Shown here one piece after another: positions 1-9,133 of a DNA stretch of 64,000 bases. The first letter of the stretch is position 1. Each line of letters opens with the position of its first letter. The stretch is from Rugamonas sp. (lineage in GTDB: Bacteria; Pseudomonadota; Gammaproteobacteria; Burkholderiales; Burkholderiaceae_D), in contig NZ_JANXMI010000237.1 in assembly GCF_025354735.1 (NCBI RefSeq), forward strand, positions 3,978 to 67,977, given 5' to 3'. The position numbers and the translations under genes are program-made. The notes beneath the pieces are model-generated. The model had not been told where the DNA came from and searched no databases. It saw only the letters and a list, made by a program, of their open reading frames with translations.

Positions 1-2234
1 AGGTCTTCGCGCTCGACGAGCATGTTGCGCACGAAGCTCTGGTCTATCTTCAGCACGTCCGCCGGCAGCCGCTTCAAATAGGCCATCGATGAATAGCCGG
101 TGCCGAAATCGTCGAGCGCGAAGCTGATGCCCAGCGCCTGGCAGGCCAGCATGATGGCGCGCACGTGGCCGACGTCGTTGAGCGCCGACGATTCCAAAAT
201 TTCCAGCTCCAGCATATGCGGCGGCACGTCGGGGAATTCGGCCAGGATGGCGGTCAGGCGTTCGACGAAATCGTGGCGCTGGAAATGGCGCGCCGCGATG
301 TTCACGCTGACCACCCAGTGCGGCTCGAGCGCGCGCCATTGCAGCAGCTGGCGCAGCGCCTCGCGCAGCACCCATTCGCCGATGTCGACGATGATGTCGC
401 TGTGTTCGACGATCGGCAGGAAGTCCATCGGCCCGACCACGCCGCGCTGCGGGTGCTGCCAGCGCAGCAACGCTTCCATGCCGATGATGCGGCCCTTGCG
501 CATGTCCAGCTTGGGCTGGTAGTAGAGCCGCAGTTCGCCGTCGCGCAGCGCGGCGCGCACTTCGGTGCGGCGGTTGTGGTGGGTGCGCACCTGTTCGTCG
601 AGGTCGGAGTCGAACAGGTGGTATTTATTGCGGCCCGTGATCTTGGCCTGGTACAGCGCCTGGTCGGCGTGGCGCAGCAGCTGGTCGGCGCTGACGTCGG
701 TGCCGTTGAAGACGGCCACGCCGGCGCTGGCCGACATCGACACCGTGTGCGGCCCGCACTGGTAATCGAGCGCCAGCCGCGCCAGCACGGCGGTGACGGC
801 GGCGCCGATGGCGTCGTGGCCGGCCAGCGCCGGCAGCAGCAGCACGAATTCGTCGCCGCCCAGGCGCGCCACGTAATGCTGGCGGCCGGCCAGTTCGTGC
901 AGGCGGATGGCCGCTTGCTTGAGGATGTCGTTGCCCAGTTCCTGGCCCAGGGTCTGGTTGATCTGCTGGAAGTGGTCGAGGTCGAACAGGCACACGGCCA
1001 GCGGATAGCCGGCTTCCCGCGCCAGCGCGATTTCGTGCTCGAAGCGGGACGCCAGCGCGCTGCGGTTGGGCAGGCCGGTGAGGATGTCGTGATTGCTCTG
1101 CCACGACATCTGCTGCATCAGCTGGCGCGTTTCGCTGACGTCGCGGAACACCAGCACGGAACCGAGCGCCTCGCCGCCGCCGTGCTGGCCGCCGCTGTCG
1201 CGGATGGCGGCGGCCGTGTATTCGATCATGACCTTGTCGCCGCCGCGGTGGCGCAGGCTCTGGTTGCGCAGGTTGACGGCCTCGCCGCCGGCATAGATGG
1301 CCGACATGGTCTTGAGCAGCGCGTGCTGGCCGAAGTTGTTCGCCAGCGCGAACACCCGGTGCAGATCGGCGCCGCGCGCCTCGGCCTCGCTCCAGCCGGT
1401 CAGCGCCTGGGCGGCGGCGTTGATGCTGGCGATCTTGCCGGCCAGGTCGGTGGTGATGACGGCGTCGCCGATCGAGGCCAGCGTCACTTCGATCTTTTCC
1501 TTTTCGGCGCGCAGCTGGTCTTTGGCGTGGCGGGTCTGGGCCAGCTGGTCGCCCAGCCGCTGCTCGCTGGCCTGCAGGGACAGCACCAGCGACTGCACCT
1601 GCGCGGCCATGGCGTTGAAGGTCGCGGCCAGCGCGCGCTCTTCCAGCGTGCCGCCGACGCGCATGCGGGTCTGGTGTTCGCCGTGCTGGAAGCGGTCGGT
1701 GGCCTGCGCCAGCCGCCGCAGCATGCGCTGGTTGACCCGGATGATGGCGCCGAGCAGGGCGTAGATGATCAGGATGTTGAGCGCCGAAATGCGCGCCTGC
1801 TGGCGCACGGTGGCCCAGACCCGGTTCAGCGGCAGCGCCGGATCGAAGCTCAGCGTCAGCGTCGCCGCGCCGCCGACCAGCCGCGTCCTGGTCAGCGGCG
1901 CCAGCACGCTGCGGCGCTGGAACCACGGCGGACTGGCGCTGGCGGCGCGGCGCGTGCGGTTCGCTTCGAGGTGGCCGCCGGCATAATCGAGCTGGGCGCC
2001 GCTCAGGTCGGGGTCGAGCAGCAGGGCGCCGGTCAGGGTGGCGTCGAGGGCGGCGCGGTCGCGGGTCGCCAGCGATGGCGTCAGCGTGCCGGCCAGGTAG
2101 TCGGCCAGGTCTTGCGCTTCGAGCTGGTAGCGGGCGTTGGCGCCGGCCGATTCCGTGCCGATCAACAGGCCATAGCGGACCGCGACGACGGTGGCGATGA
2201 TGAAGAAGACGGGAACGAATAAGCGGGTGTACAT
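1..2234 (-). CDS. Sensor diguanylate cyclase/phosphodiesterase (TM-HAMP-PAS-GGDEF-EAL); the 3' end runs off the window
   Basis: Absent from the ORF track because there is no stop in the window. My reverse-strand translation from the ATG (cat at 2232-2234) reads MYTRLFVPVFFIIATVV..., then a PAS-like LASIGDAVITTD, then RLGGDEF, then the EAL-domain motifs GMEALLRWQHP, ELEILES and DDFGTGYSS. It is continuous down to nt 1. Confidence 0.85.
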   Translation of the reverse strand, partial: MYTRLFVPVFFIIATVVAVRYGLLIGTESAGANARYQLEAQDLADYLAGTLTPSLATRDRAALDATLTGALLLDPDLSGAQLDYAGGHLEANRTRRAASASPPWFQRRSVLAPLTRTRLVGGAATLTLSFDPALPLNRVWATVRQQARISALNILIIYALLGAIIRVNQRMLRRLAQATDRFQHGEHQTRMRVGGTLEERALAATFNAMAAQVQSLVLSLQASEQRLGDQLAQTRHAKDQLRAEKEKIEVTLASIGDAVITTDLAGKIASINAAAQALTGWSEAEARGADLHRVFALANNFGQHALLKTMSAIYAGGEAVNLRNQSLRHRGGDKVMIEYTAAAIRDSGGQHGGGEALGSVLVFRDVSETRQLMQQMSWQSNHDILTGLPNRSALASRFEHEIALAREAGYPLAVCLFDLDHFQQINQTLGQELGNDILKQAAIRLHELAGRQHYVARLGGDEFVLLLPALAGHDAIGAAVTAVLARLALDYQCGPHTVSMSASAGVAVFNGTDVSADQLLRHADQALYQAKITGRNKYHLFDSDLDEQVRTHHNRRTEVRAALRDGELRLYYQPKLDMRKGRIIGMEALLRWQHPQRGVVGPMDFLPIVEHSDIIVDIGEWVLREALRQLLQWRALEPHWVVSVNIAARHFQRHDFVERLTAILAEFPDVPPHMLELEILESSALNDVGHVRAIMLACQALGISFALDDFGTGYSSMAYLKRLPADVLKIDQSFVRNMLVERED

Positions 2235-2436
2235 CCCCCTACGCATCCACGGCGACAATAGTTTCCCTAACAACGGCATAAACACCCGGCTGCGGGCCGG
2301 CGGAATCATTTGATGGACATTATTACCGAAAAGTCAGCGCCAGGCGCGGATTTATGAAACCGTTTTCAATCGACCCCGGCCAGGCCGCGCTCGCGGTGCC
2401 GCAGGGACGCCGGCGCGGCCGTCGCGGAGCGGCGGG

Positions 2437-2715
2437 TCAGTTGTGGCCGGCGGCCACGCTGCCGCCGGCGTTGCGGGCGGCGCCCAGCAAGTTGACCGGG
2501 TCGAGCGTGGTCACATTGCCGTGCTGGCGGCAGTCATGATGGCTGATACTGGTGCCGGTCAGCGGCCGTTCGTCGCTGTGGTCGCAGGACGTTTCGGCGA
2601 CGGCGGCGCCATCGGCCGTCTGGGCGGCGTCGGGCGTGGTGGCGCAGCCGGCCAGCAGCGCGGTGGTGGCGCCGATGAGGGCGAAGGAAGCGCGGATACG
2701 GGAAATTTTCATCAT
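2437..2715 (-). CDS. Small exported lipoprotein, paralog A (conserved RPLTGTSISHHDCRQHG motif)
   Basis: Inner ATG of ORF 2437..2766. Starts MMKISRIRASFALIGATTALLAGC (signal peptide plus LAGC lipobox). About 69 aa mature, with 2 further Cys and an HH motif. Paralogous to 2926..3201. Confidence 0.6.
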   Translation of the reverse strand: MMKISRIRASFALIGATTALLAGCATTPDAAQTADGAAVAETSCDHSDERPLTGTSISHHDCRQHGNVTTLDPVNLLGAARNAGGSVAAGHN

Positions 2716-2925
2716 GAGTCCATTGATTGAGTGGTGGTCGGTCCGGTGCAGACGATACGATGCCACATGAAAGCAGCTTGCTTTTATGTAATGCGCATAA
2801 AGTGTAGCACCAACAATGCGCTCAAAATTGTAACTATTAGTAATGTGTCGCGTAATTCATACTATAGCGCTCCAGCTGACAATGGCGCGCCCGGATCGGC
2901 GGCGCGGCATGCCGGCTGGCCGGCA

Positions 2926-3201
2926 TCAACGCGCCATCGCGCCCATGGTCGAGCCGCCGCTCGTGCGCGCGCCGTCCAGCACGTCGGCACCGGTGGTGGT
3001 GACGATGTCGCCGTGGCGCTTGCAGTCGTGGTGGGAGATATTGGTGCCGGTCAGGGGCCGGTCTTCCTGCGCGCACGAGGCCGGCGCGCCGGCGGTGGCG
3101 TCGTCGTCATGCATGGCGGCGCAGCCGGCCAACAGGGCCAACGCGGCGCCCAGGATGATGGTGGTGACGGTGGTGGTAATGCGGGCAGCGGAGATGTCCA
3201 T
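2926..3201 (-). CDS. Small exported lipoprotein, paralog B (RPLTGTNISHHDCKRHG motif)
   Basis: Inner ATG of ORF 2926..3297. Starts MDISAARITTTVTTIILGAALALLAGC (lipobox). Shares the core SC..(E)DRPLTGT(S/N)ISHHDC(R/K)(Q/R)HG...GGS with paralog A. Confidence 0.6.
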   Translation of the reverse strand: MDISAARITTTVTTIILGAALALLAGCAAMHDDDATAGAPASCAQEDRPLTGTNISHHDCKRHGDIVTTTGADVLDGARTSGGSTMGAMAR

Positions 3202-3373
3202 TTTTTTCCAATCGATGCGGGTTGAAGACAGATTGCGTCGCCATAGCGTGAGGCGGGCATAGGCCCGCCGCCGCTGATTTGCGCGCAAAGTGTACACGAT
3301 CGCTGGTGGTGGAAATCCGGCGGACGGCCGGTTTTTTTGCGGCGAGGGCGAGCGCCGCCGCCGCGTTCGCCGC

Positions 3374-3829
3374 TTAATTATTCAGCAGGATGTCGGCGAT
3401 GATGCCGGTGGCGACGGCGACCAGCACATAGTCGCCGCCGACCTGCACCCAGTGTTGTCCGCGGGGCGGCGCGCTCAGGCGGTGGCCGCGCCAGTCGTCG
3501 ACCACGTACTGGTGGCCGCGATAGTCGGGGCCCAGCCGTTCGCCGCGATGCATGTCGTGGCGCGGGCCGGCGCCGCGCGGGCCTTCATGGTGGCCGTAGT
3601 CGGCCTGGTGATAGTCGTAGCGGTCGTTGCGGCGCTCGTCGTGACGGTCGTCGTGATGGTCGTCGCGGTGATCGTCATGACGGTCGTCGTGGTGGTCATC
3701 GTGATGCTCGGACTGGCCACGGTTGTCATGGTCGTCGCGGTGGTCGTCGTGGTTTTGCGCGTAGGCGGCGCCGCCGCCGGCCATCAGGCAGGCGGACAGC
3801 AGTGCGGAAAAAATGGTCTTGTTATTCAT
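3374..3829 (-). CDS. Periplasmic His/Asp-rich RcnB (YohN)-like protein
   Basis: Signal peptide MNNKTIFSALLSACLMAGGGAAYA. A run of roughly 50 aa of HDDH/RDDH repeats. The C-terminus PPRGQHWVQVGGDYVLVAVATGIIADILL resembles the RcnB-family signature. Confidence 0.7.
   Translation of the reverse strand: MNNKTIFSALLSACLMAGGGAAYAQNHDDHRDDHDNRGQSEHHDDHHDDRHDDHRDDHHDDRHDERRNDRYDYHQADYGHHEGPRGAGPRHDMHRGERLGPDYRGHQYVVDDWRGHRLSAPPRGQHWVQVGGDYVLVAVATGIIADILLNN
3600..3755 (-). repeat. Coding low-complexity His/Asp (HDDH-R-DD) repeat tract inside the RcnB-like gene
   Basis: Protein segment NHDDHRDDHDNRGQSEHHDDHHDDRHDDHRDDHHDDRHDERRNDRYDYH. The DNA shows imperfect gtcgtc/gtgatg periodicity. Confidence 0.6.
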
Positions 3830-3951
3830 ATCAACTCCTGAAGGGTAAAACTGCGTTGGCGGTCCGTGCAGGCAGGATGTCCGCTAACCGACCTGATCCG
3901 TTATACGCAGGCGGCGCGGGCAGTTCTGTACGCTAACAGACATAGGCGATT

Positions 3952-4437
3952 TTATTCGGCCAGCAATTTTTCGATATCCTGGACCAGCGCTTCCGGCTTG
4001 GTCAGCGAGGCATAGCGCTGGTAGACGGTGCCATCCTTGCGGATCAGGAACTTGGTGAAGTTCCACTTGATGGCCTCGGTGCCCAGCACGCCGGGCGCGT
4101 CGTGCTTGAGCTGCGTGAACAGCGGGTGCGCGTGCTCGCCGTTGACGTCGATCTTGGCGAACAGCGGAAAGGTGACGCCGTAATTCTTTTCGCAGAAGGC
4201 GCCGATTTCCTCGGCCTGGCCCGGTTCCTGGCCGCCGAACTGGTTGCACGGGAAGCCGAGCACGACCACGCCCTTATCCTTGAACTGCTGGTACACCGCT
4301 TCCAGGCCCTGGTATTGCGGCGTGAAACCGCACTTGCTGGCGGTGTTGACGATCAATAGCACCTGGCCGCGATACTGGCCCAGGTTGACGGGCGCGCCGG
4401 CCAGGCTGTCGGCGCTGATATCGTAAATGGAGGTCAT
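3952..4437 (-). CDS. Glutathione peroxidase
   Basis: 161 aa with NTASKCGFTPQY (active-site Cys region), FPCNQFGGQEPG and KWNFTKFL motifs. Confidence 0.9.
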   Translation of the reverse strand: MTSIYDISADSLAGAPVNLGQYRGQVLLIVNTASKCGFTPQYQGLEAVYQQFKDKGVVVLGFPCNQFGGQEPGQAEEIGAFCEKNYGVTFPLFAKIDVNGEHAHPLFTQLKHDAPGVLGTEAIKWNFTKFLIRKDGTVYQRYASLTKPEALVQDIEKLLAE

Positions 4438-5588
4438 CAGATTAATCCTAAATGTTCGGTTCCGGCCGAGAGATCCCGGGTCTTGGCGGCCTTGCCTTCG
4501 AGCTTGATGGCCAGCCGCAGGTCGTTGACGGAGTCGGCGTTGCGCAGCGCGTCTTCGTAGCTGATCAGGTCCGCTTCGTGCAGGTCGAACAGCGACTGGT
4601 CGAAGGTCTGCATGCCCAGCTCGCGCGACTTCTTCATCAGCTCCTTGATTTCGTGTACTTCGCCCTTGAAGATCATGTCGGCGATCAGCGGCGAGTTAAG
4701 CATGATTTCGATGGCGACGGCGCGCCCCTTGCTCTCCTTGAGCGGCACCAGGCGCTGCGACACCATGCCGCGCAGGTTCAGCGACAAGTCCATCAGCAGC
4801 TGCTGGCGCCGTTCCTCGGGGAAGAAGTTGATGATGCGGTCGATGGCCTGGTTGGCGCTGTTGGCGTGCAGCGTGGCCAGGCACAGGTGGCCGGTTTCGG
4901 AAAAGGCGATGGCGTGGTCCATGGTCTGGCGGTCGCGGATTTCGCCGATCTGGATCACGTCCGGCGCCTGGCGCAGCGTGTTCTTCAGCGCCACTTCCCA
5001 GTCCTCGGTGTCGACCCCCACTTCGCGCTGGGTGATGATGCAGTTCTTGTGCGGGTGGACGAATTCGACCGGGTCTTCGATGGTGATGATGTGGCCGTAG
5101 CTGTTCTCATTGCGGTAGCCGACCATGGCCGCCAGCGTGGTCGACTTGCCCGAACCGGTGGCGCCGACCAGGATCACCAGGCCGCGCTTGGACATCACGA
5201 TATCCTTGAGCACCTCGGGCAGTCCCAGGTCGTCGAGCTTGGGGATTTCGCTGGTGATCATGCGCAGCACCATGCCCACCGAGCTCATTTGCACGAAGGC
5301 CGACACGCGGAAGCGTCCCAGGTCGCCGGGACTGATGGCGAAGTTGGCTTCCTTGCTCAACTCGAACGTGGCGGTCTGCTTGTCGTTCATGATGGAGCGC
5401 GCCAGGTCGGTGGTGTGGGCCGCCGTCAGCGCCTGGCTGGACACGGGCGTGAGCTTGCCGTCGATCTTGATGGCCGGCGGGAAGCCGGCCGTGATGAACA
5501 GGTCCGAGCCTTTTTTGCTGACCATCAGGCGCAGCAGGTCGAACATGAATTTGGATGCCTGGTCGCGTTCCATGGTGTGGTCTCTCAT
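4437..5588 (-). CDS. pilU: Type IV pilus retraction ATPase PilU
   Basis: 383 aa. Walker A GATGSGKSTT, then EDPVEF, REVGVDT and TGHLCLATLHAN. Located directly downstream of pilT. The start could be the inner Met at 5573. Confidence 0.9.
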   Translation of the reverse strand: MRDHTMERDQASKFMFDLLRLMVSKKGSDLFITAGFPPAIKIDGKLTPVSSQALTAAHTTDLARSIMNDKQTATFELSKEANFAISPGDLGRFRVSAFVQMSSVGMVLRMITSEIPKLDDLGLPEVLKDIVMSKRGLVILVGATGSGKSTTLAAMVGYRNENSYGHIITIEDPVEFVHPHKNCIITQREVGVDTEDWEVALKNTLRQAPDVIQIGEIRDRQTMDHAIAFSETGHLCLATLHANSANQAIDRIINFFPEERRQQLLMDLSLNLRGMVSQRLVPLKESKGRAVAIEIMLNSPLIADMIFKGEVHEIKELMKKSRELGMQTFDQSLFDLHEADLISYEDALRNADSVNDLRLAIKLEGKAAKTRDLSAGTEHLGLI

Positions 5589-5599
5589 GCGCTCGTGAA

Positions 5600-6643
5600 T
5601 TAACCGGGGAAGTTGTCCGGCGTTTTGGCGGCCGAGCGTGCGGCGGCCGACGAGATCACATTGCGGCGCACCAGGTCGGTCAGGGTCTGGTCCAGCGTCT
5701 GCATGCCCATATTGCTGCCGGTCTGGATCGCCGAATACATCTGCGCGATCTTCGCTTCGCGGATCAGGTTGCGGATGGCCGGCGTGGCCACCATGATTTC
5801 GTGCGCGGCGACGCGGCCGGAGCCGTCCTTGGTTTTCAGCAGCGTCTGCGAAATCACCGCTTGCAGCGATTCCGACAGCATGGCCCGTACCATCTCTTTT
5901 TCATCGGCCGGGAACACGTCGACGATACGGTCGATGGTCTTGGCGGCGGACGAGGTGTGCAGCGTGCCGAACACGAGGTGGCCCGTTTCGGCGGCCGACA
6001 GCGCCAGGCGTATGGTTTCGAGGTCGCGCAATTCGCCGACCAGGATCACGTCCGGATCTTCCCGCAGCGCCGAGCGCAGCGCGTTGTTGAACGACAGCGT
6101 GTGCGGTCCCACTTCGCGCTGGTTGATCAGGCATTTCTTGGAGTCGTGGACGAATTCGATCGGGTCTTCGATGGTCAGGATGTGGCCGTACTCGGTCTCG
6201 TTGACGTGGTTGACCATGGCCGCCAGCGTGGTCGACTTGCCCGAGCCGGTGGGGCCGGTGACGAGCACCAGGCCGCGCGGCTTCATGGCCAGGTCGGCGA
6301 AGATTTTCGGGCAGTTCAGTTCTTCCAGGCTCATGATCTTGGAGGGAATCGTGCGCAGCACGGCGGCCGCGCCGCGTTCCTGGTTGTAGGCGTTGACGCG
6401 GAAGCGCGCCAGGCCGGGGATGGCGAACGAGAAATCGACTTCCAGCATTTCTTCGTAAGCCTTGCGCTGGCCGTCGTTCATGATGTCATAAATCATGCCG
6501 TGCACGTCCTTGTGCTCCAGCGGCGGCAGGTTGATGCGCCGCACGTCGCCATGCACGCGTATCATCGGCGGCAGGCCGGCCGACAGGTGCAAGTCCGACG
6601 CCTTGTTCTTGACCGAGAATGCGAGTAATTCTGAAATGTCCAT
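5600..6643 (-). CDS. pilT: Twitching motility ATPase PilT
   Basis: 347 aa. MDISELLAFSVKNKASDLHLSAGLPPMIRVHG, GPTGSGKSTT, and the AIRNLIRE motif typical of PilT. Confidence 0.95.
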   Translation of the reverse strand: MDISELLAFSVKNKASDLHLSAGLPPMIRVHGDVRRINLPPLEHKDVHGMIYDIMNDGQRKAYEEMLEVDFSFAIPGLARFRVNAYNQERGAAAVLRTIPSKIMSLEELNCPKIFADLAMKPRGLVLVTGPTGSGKSTTLAAMVNHVNETEYGHILTIEDPIEFVHDSKKCLINQREVGPHTLSFNNALRSALREDPDVILVGELRDLETIRLALSAAETGHLVFGTLHTSSAAKTIDRIVDVFPADEKEMVRAMLSESLQAVISQTLLKTKDGSGRVAAHEIMVATPAIRNLIREAKIAQMYSAIQTGSNMGMQTLDQTLTDLVRRNVISSAAARSAAKTPDNFPG

Positions 6644-6723
6644 TTATAATCCCTGTGCCTGAAAAAAGAGGGCGCCGCTTCCGGGACCACTCACCGGCAC
6701 AGCTTTAACCATTACCCCGCTCG

Positions 6724-7434
6724 ATGATTATGTCCACAATAGACCAGAACTTGCAAGCTATCAACGCCACAATGCGTGACGCCGCCGCCGGGGCGGGCCG
6801 CGCGCCGGACGCCGTGCGGCTGCTGGCCGTGTCCAAGACCTTCGGCGCCGACGCCGTGCTGGCGGCCATGGCGGCCGGCCAGCGCGCCTTCGGCGAAAAT
6901 TATGTGCAGGAGGCGGTCGACAAGATCGCCGCCGTGGCGCTGGCCGAACCGGCGACGGCGCTGGAGTGGCATTTCATCGGCCCGATACAGAGCAACAAGA
7001 CCCGGCCCATCGCCGAGCATTTCGCCTGGGTCCACACGGTGGAGCGCGAAAAGATCGCGCAGCGCCTGTCGGAGCAGCGCCCGGCCGGCATGGCGCCGCT
7101 CAATATCTGCCTGCAAGTGAACATCAGCGGCGAGGCCAGTAAAAGCGGCGTGGCGCCGGCCGAGCTGGCGGCGCTGGCGCACGCGGTGGCGGCGCTGCCG
7201 AACCTGACGCTGCGCGGCCTGATGGCGATCCCGGAAGCGGTGACGCAATACGAACAGCAGCGCGCCGCGTTCGCGCAACTGCGCCTGCTGTACGAACAAC
7301 TGCGCGCCGACGGACTGGCGCTGGACACGCTGTCGATGGGCATGTCGGCCGACCTGCGCGCGGCGGTGGCCGAAGGCGCCACCATCGTGCGCGTCGGCAG
7401 CGCCATTTTCGGCTCGCGCAGCTATGACCAGTAA
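6724..7434 (+). CDS. yggS: YggS-family pyridoxal-phosphate homeostasis protein
   Basis: 236 aa. LLAVSKT (PLP lysine), HFIGPIQSNK, SMGMSADL. Shows the classic pilT / yggS-proC divergent synteny. Confidence 0.9.
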   Translation: MIMSTIDQNLQAINATMRDAAAGAGRAPDAVRLLAVSKTFGADAVLAAMAAGQRAFGENYVQEAVDKIAAVALAEPATALEWHFIGPIQSNKTRPIAEHFAWVHTVEREKIAQRLSEQRPAGMAPLNICLQVNISGEASKSGVAPAELAALAHAVAALPNLTLRGLMAIPEAVTQYEQQRAAFAQLRLLYEQLRADGLALDTLSMGMSADLRAAVAEGATIVRVGSAIFGSRSYDQ

Positions 7435-7455
7435 AATGACCAACGAAAGCGCCGC

Positions 7456-8304
7456 ATGAACACGAACGACATGAAGATAGGTTTTATCGGCGGCGGCAAC
7501 ATGGCCGCCGCGCTGATCGCCGGACTGGCCGGCAAGCTGACCGCCGGCGCGCATATCCACGTCGTCGATCCGAACGCGGCGGCGCTGGACCAGCTGCGCG
7601 CGCGCTACGGCGTGACCACGGCGGCGCGGGCCGACGGCGCGCTGTCGGCCTGCGGCGCGATCGTGCTGGCCGTGAAGCCGCAAGCGATGCGCGAAGTGGC
7701 GGCGCAGTTGCTGCCGCTGCTGCCGCCGTCAGGGAGTACGGCGGCGCCCCTGATCGTGTCGATCGCGGCCGGTATCCGCGCTGTCGATCTGTCGCGCTGG
7801 CTCGGCGGCTACCGGGCCATCGTGCGCTGCATGCCGAACACGCCGGCGCTGATCGGCCAGGGTATCACCGGGATGGTGGCGGCCGACGGCGTGAGCGCGG
7901 CGCAGCGCGAGGCGGCCGACGCCATCATGCGCGCCGTCGGCGCCACCGTGTGGCTGGACGACGAAGCGAAGATCGATGCGGTGACGGCGGTGTCGGGCAG
8001 CGGTCCGGCCTATGTATTTTATTTTATCGAGGCCATGCAGCAGGCCGCGACGGAGCTGGGCCTGAGCGCGGAGCAGGGCAGGCAGCTGGCGCTGGCCACC
8101 TTCGCCGGCGCCGCGCAACTGGCGGTGGAGGCGACGGAGCCGGTCGGCGTGCTGCGCGAGCGCGTCACGTCCAAGGGCGGCACCACCCACGCGGCGCTGG
8201 CCAGCATGGCGCAGGCGGGCGTGAAGGAAGCGATCGTCGACGCCGTGAAGGCGGCGGCGCGGCGCGGCCAGACGCTGGGCGATGAATTCGGCAGTGTGGA
8301 CTAA
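7456..8304 (+). CDS. proC: Pyrroline-5-carboxylate reductase
   Basis: 282 aa. IGFIGGGNMAAALI (Rossmann), MPNTPALIGQG, SGSGPAY, VTSKGGTT. Confidence 0.9.
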   Translation: MNTNDMKIGFIGGGNMAAALIAGLAGKLTAGAHIHVVDPNAAALDQLRARYGVTTAARADGALSACGAIVLAVKPQAMREVAAQLLPLLPPSGSTAAPLIVSIAAGIRAVDLSRWLGGYRAIVRCMPNTPALIGQGITGMVAADGVSAAQREAADAIMRAVGATVWLDDEAKIDAVTAVSGSGPAYVFYFIEAMQQAATELGLSAEQGRQLALATFAGAAQLAVEATEPVGVLRERVTSKGGTTHAALASMAQAGVKEAIVDAVKAAARRGQTLGDEFGSVD

Positions 8305-8310
8305 CGGGAG

Positions 8311-8613
8311 ATGGCGATGCAGCGCAGGACTTTTATATTGACGACGGTGGCCGGCGCGGCCGCCATGACCATGGGCGCTTACGCGCGCGCCGAGGCATTG
8401 ACGCCGCTGAAGGAAGACGATCCGCAAGCCGTCGAATTCGGCTACAAGGACGACACCGCGCGCGTCGACAATCAGCGCTTCCCCGAGCACAAGCCGGACC
8501 AGAAGTGCGCCAAATGCCAGATCTACGCCGACGGTCCGAACGACACCGGCGGCTGCCCCATCTTCGCCGGCAAGTCGGTGCGCGCCGGCGGCTGGTGTAG
8601 CGCCTTCAGCTGA
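8311..8613 (+). CDS. High-potential iron-sulfur protein (HiPIP), Tat-exported
   Basis: 100 aa. Twin-arginine signal MQRRTFILT. Cys pattern C-x2-C ... GGC-x...GGWC-SAF, typical of HiPIP. Confidence 0.8.
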   Translation: MAMQRRTFILTTVAGAAAMTMGAYARAEALTPLKEDDPQAVEFGYKDDTARVDNQRFPEHKPDQKCAKCQIYADGPNDTGGCPIFAGKSVRAGGWCSAFS

Positions 8614-8685
8614 TTCAAATAAAACGCATCGCATCCATCGATATCGCGGCGGGCCTTATTCCATATGGCTCGCCTGCTCGTGCGC

Positions 8686-9027
8686 CTATTTGCGCGCGAC
8701 CAGCAGGCCGACGATGACGCCCACCGCCGCGCCCAGTCCCACCGCCTGCCACGGGTGGTCCTGGACGTAGACGTTGGCCTGCCGCGCCGCGATTTTTGTC
8801 CGCGCCAGCACGCTGTCTTCCAGCTTCAGCAAATCGGTTTTGGCGGTGCGCAGCGTGTCCTCGAACTGCGCCCTGGCGTCGCCGATGCCATCGCCGCCTT
8901 CATCCTGGGCGTCGCGCAGCCAATGCTCGACGTCGCCGATCCCGGTCTTCAAATCATTCATCAGCCGTGCGCGCGCTTCTGCGCCGTCGATGCCGCCGGT
9001 CTTGCCGTTTTGCTGAATCTGGTCCAT
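8686..9027 (-). CDS. DUF883 (ElaB/YqjD-like) membrane-anchored stress protein
   Basis: 113 aa. C-terminal HPWQAVGLGAAVGVIVGLLVARK anchor after a charged helical region. Confidence 0.75.
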   Translation of the reverse strand: MDQIQQNGKTGGIDGAEARARLMNDLKTGIGDVEHWLRDAQDEGGDGIGDARAQFEDTLRTAKTDLLKLEDSVLARTKIAARQANVYVQDHPWQAVGLGAAVGVIVGLLVARK

Positions 9028-9133
9028 GAATCGCCTCGTCTGTCAGGTTGGAACTGCGGGACTTGCCAGTGTAGGCGCGGCCCGCGCTACGGCCTTGTGC
9101 CGTCTCAATCGATCACGCCGCTATCGAATCGCC

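Noticed and set aside
165-2222. 685-aa plus-strand ORF, plus the 433-aa minus-strand ORF at 625..1926
   Set aside because: The translations are Ala/Arg/Gly/Val- or Pro/Arg-rich with no motifs. A different minus-strand frame reads as a clean HAMP-PAS-GGDEF-EAL protein, so these are shadow ORFs of GC-rich DNA.
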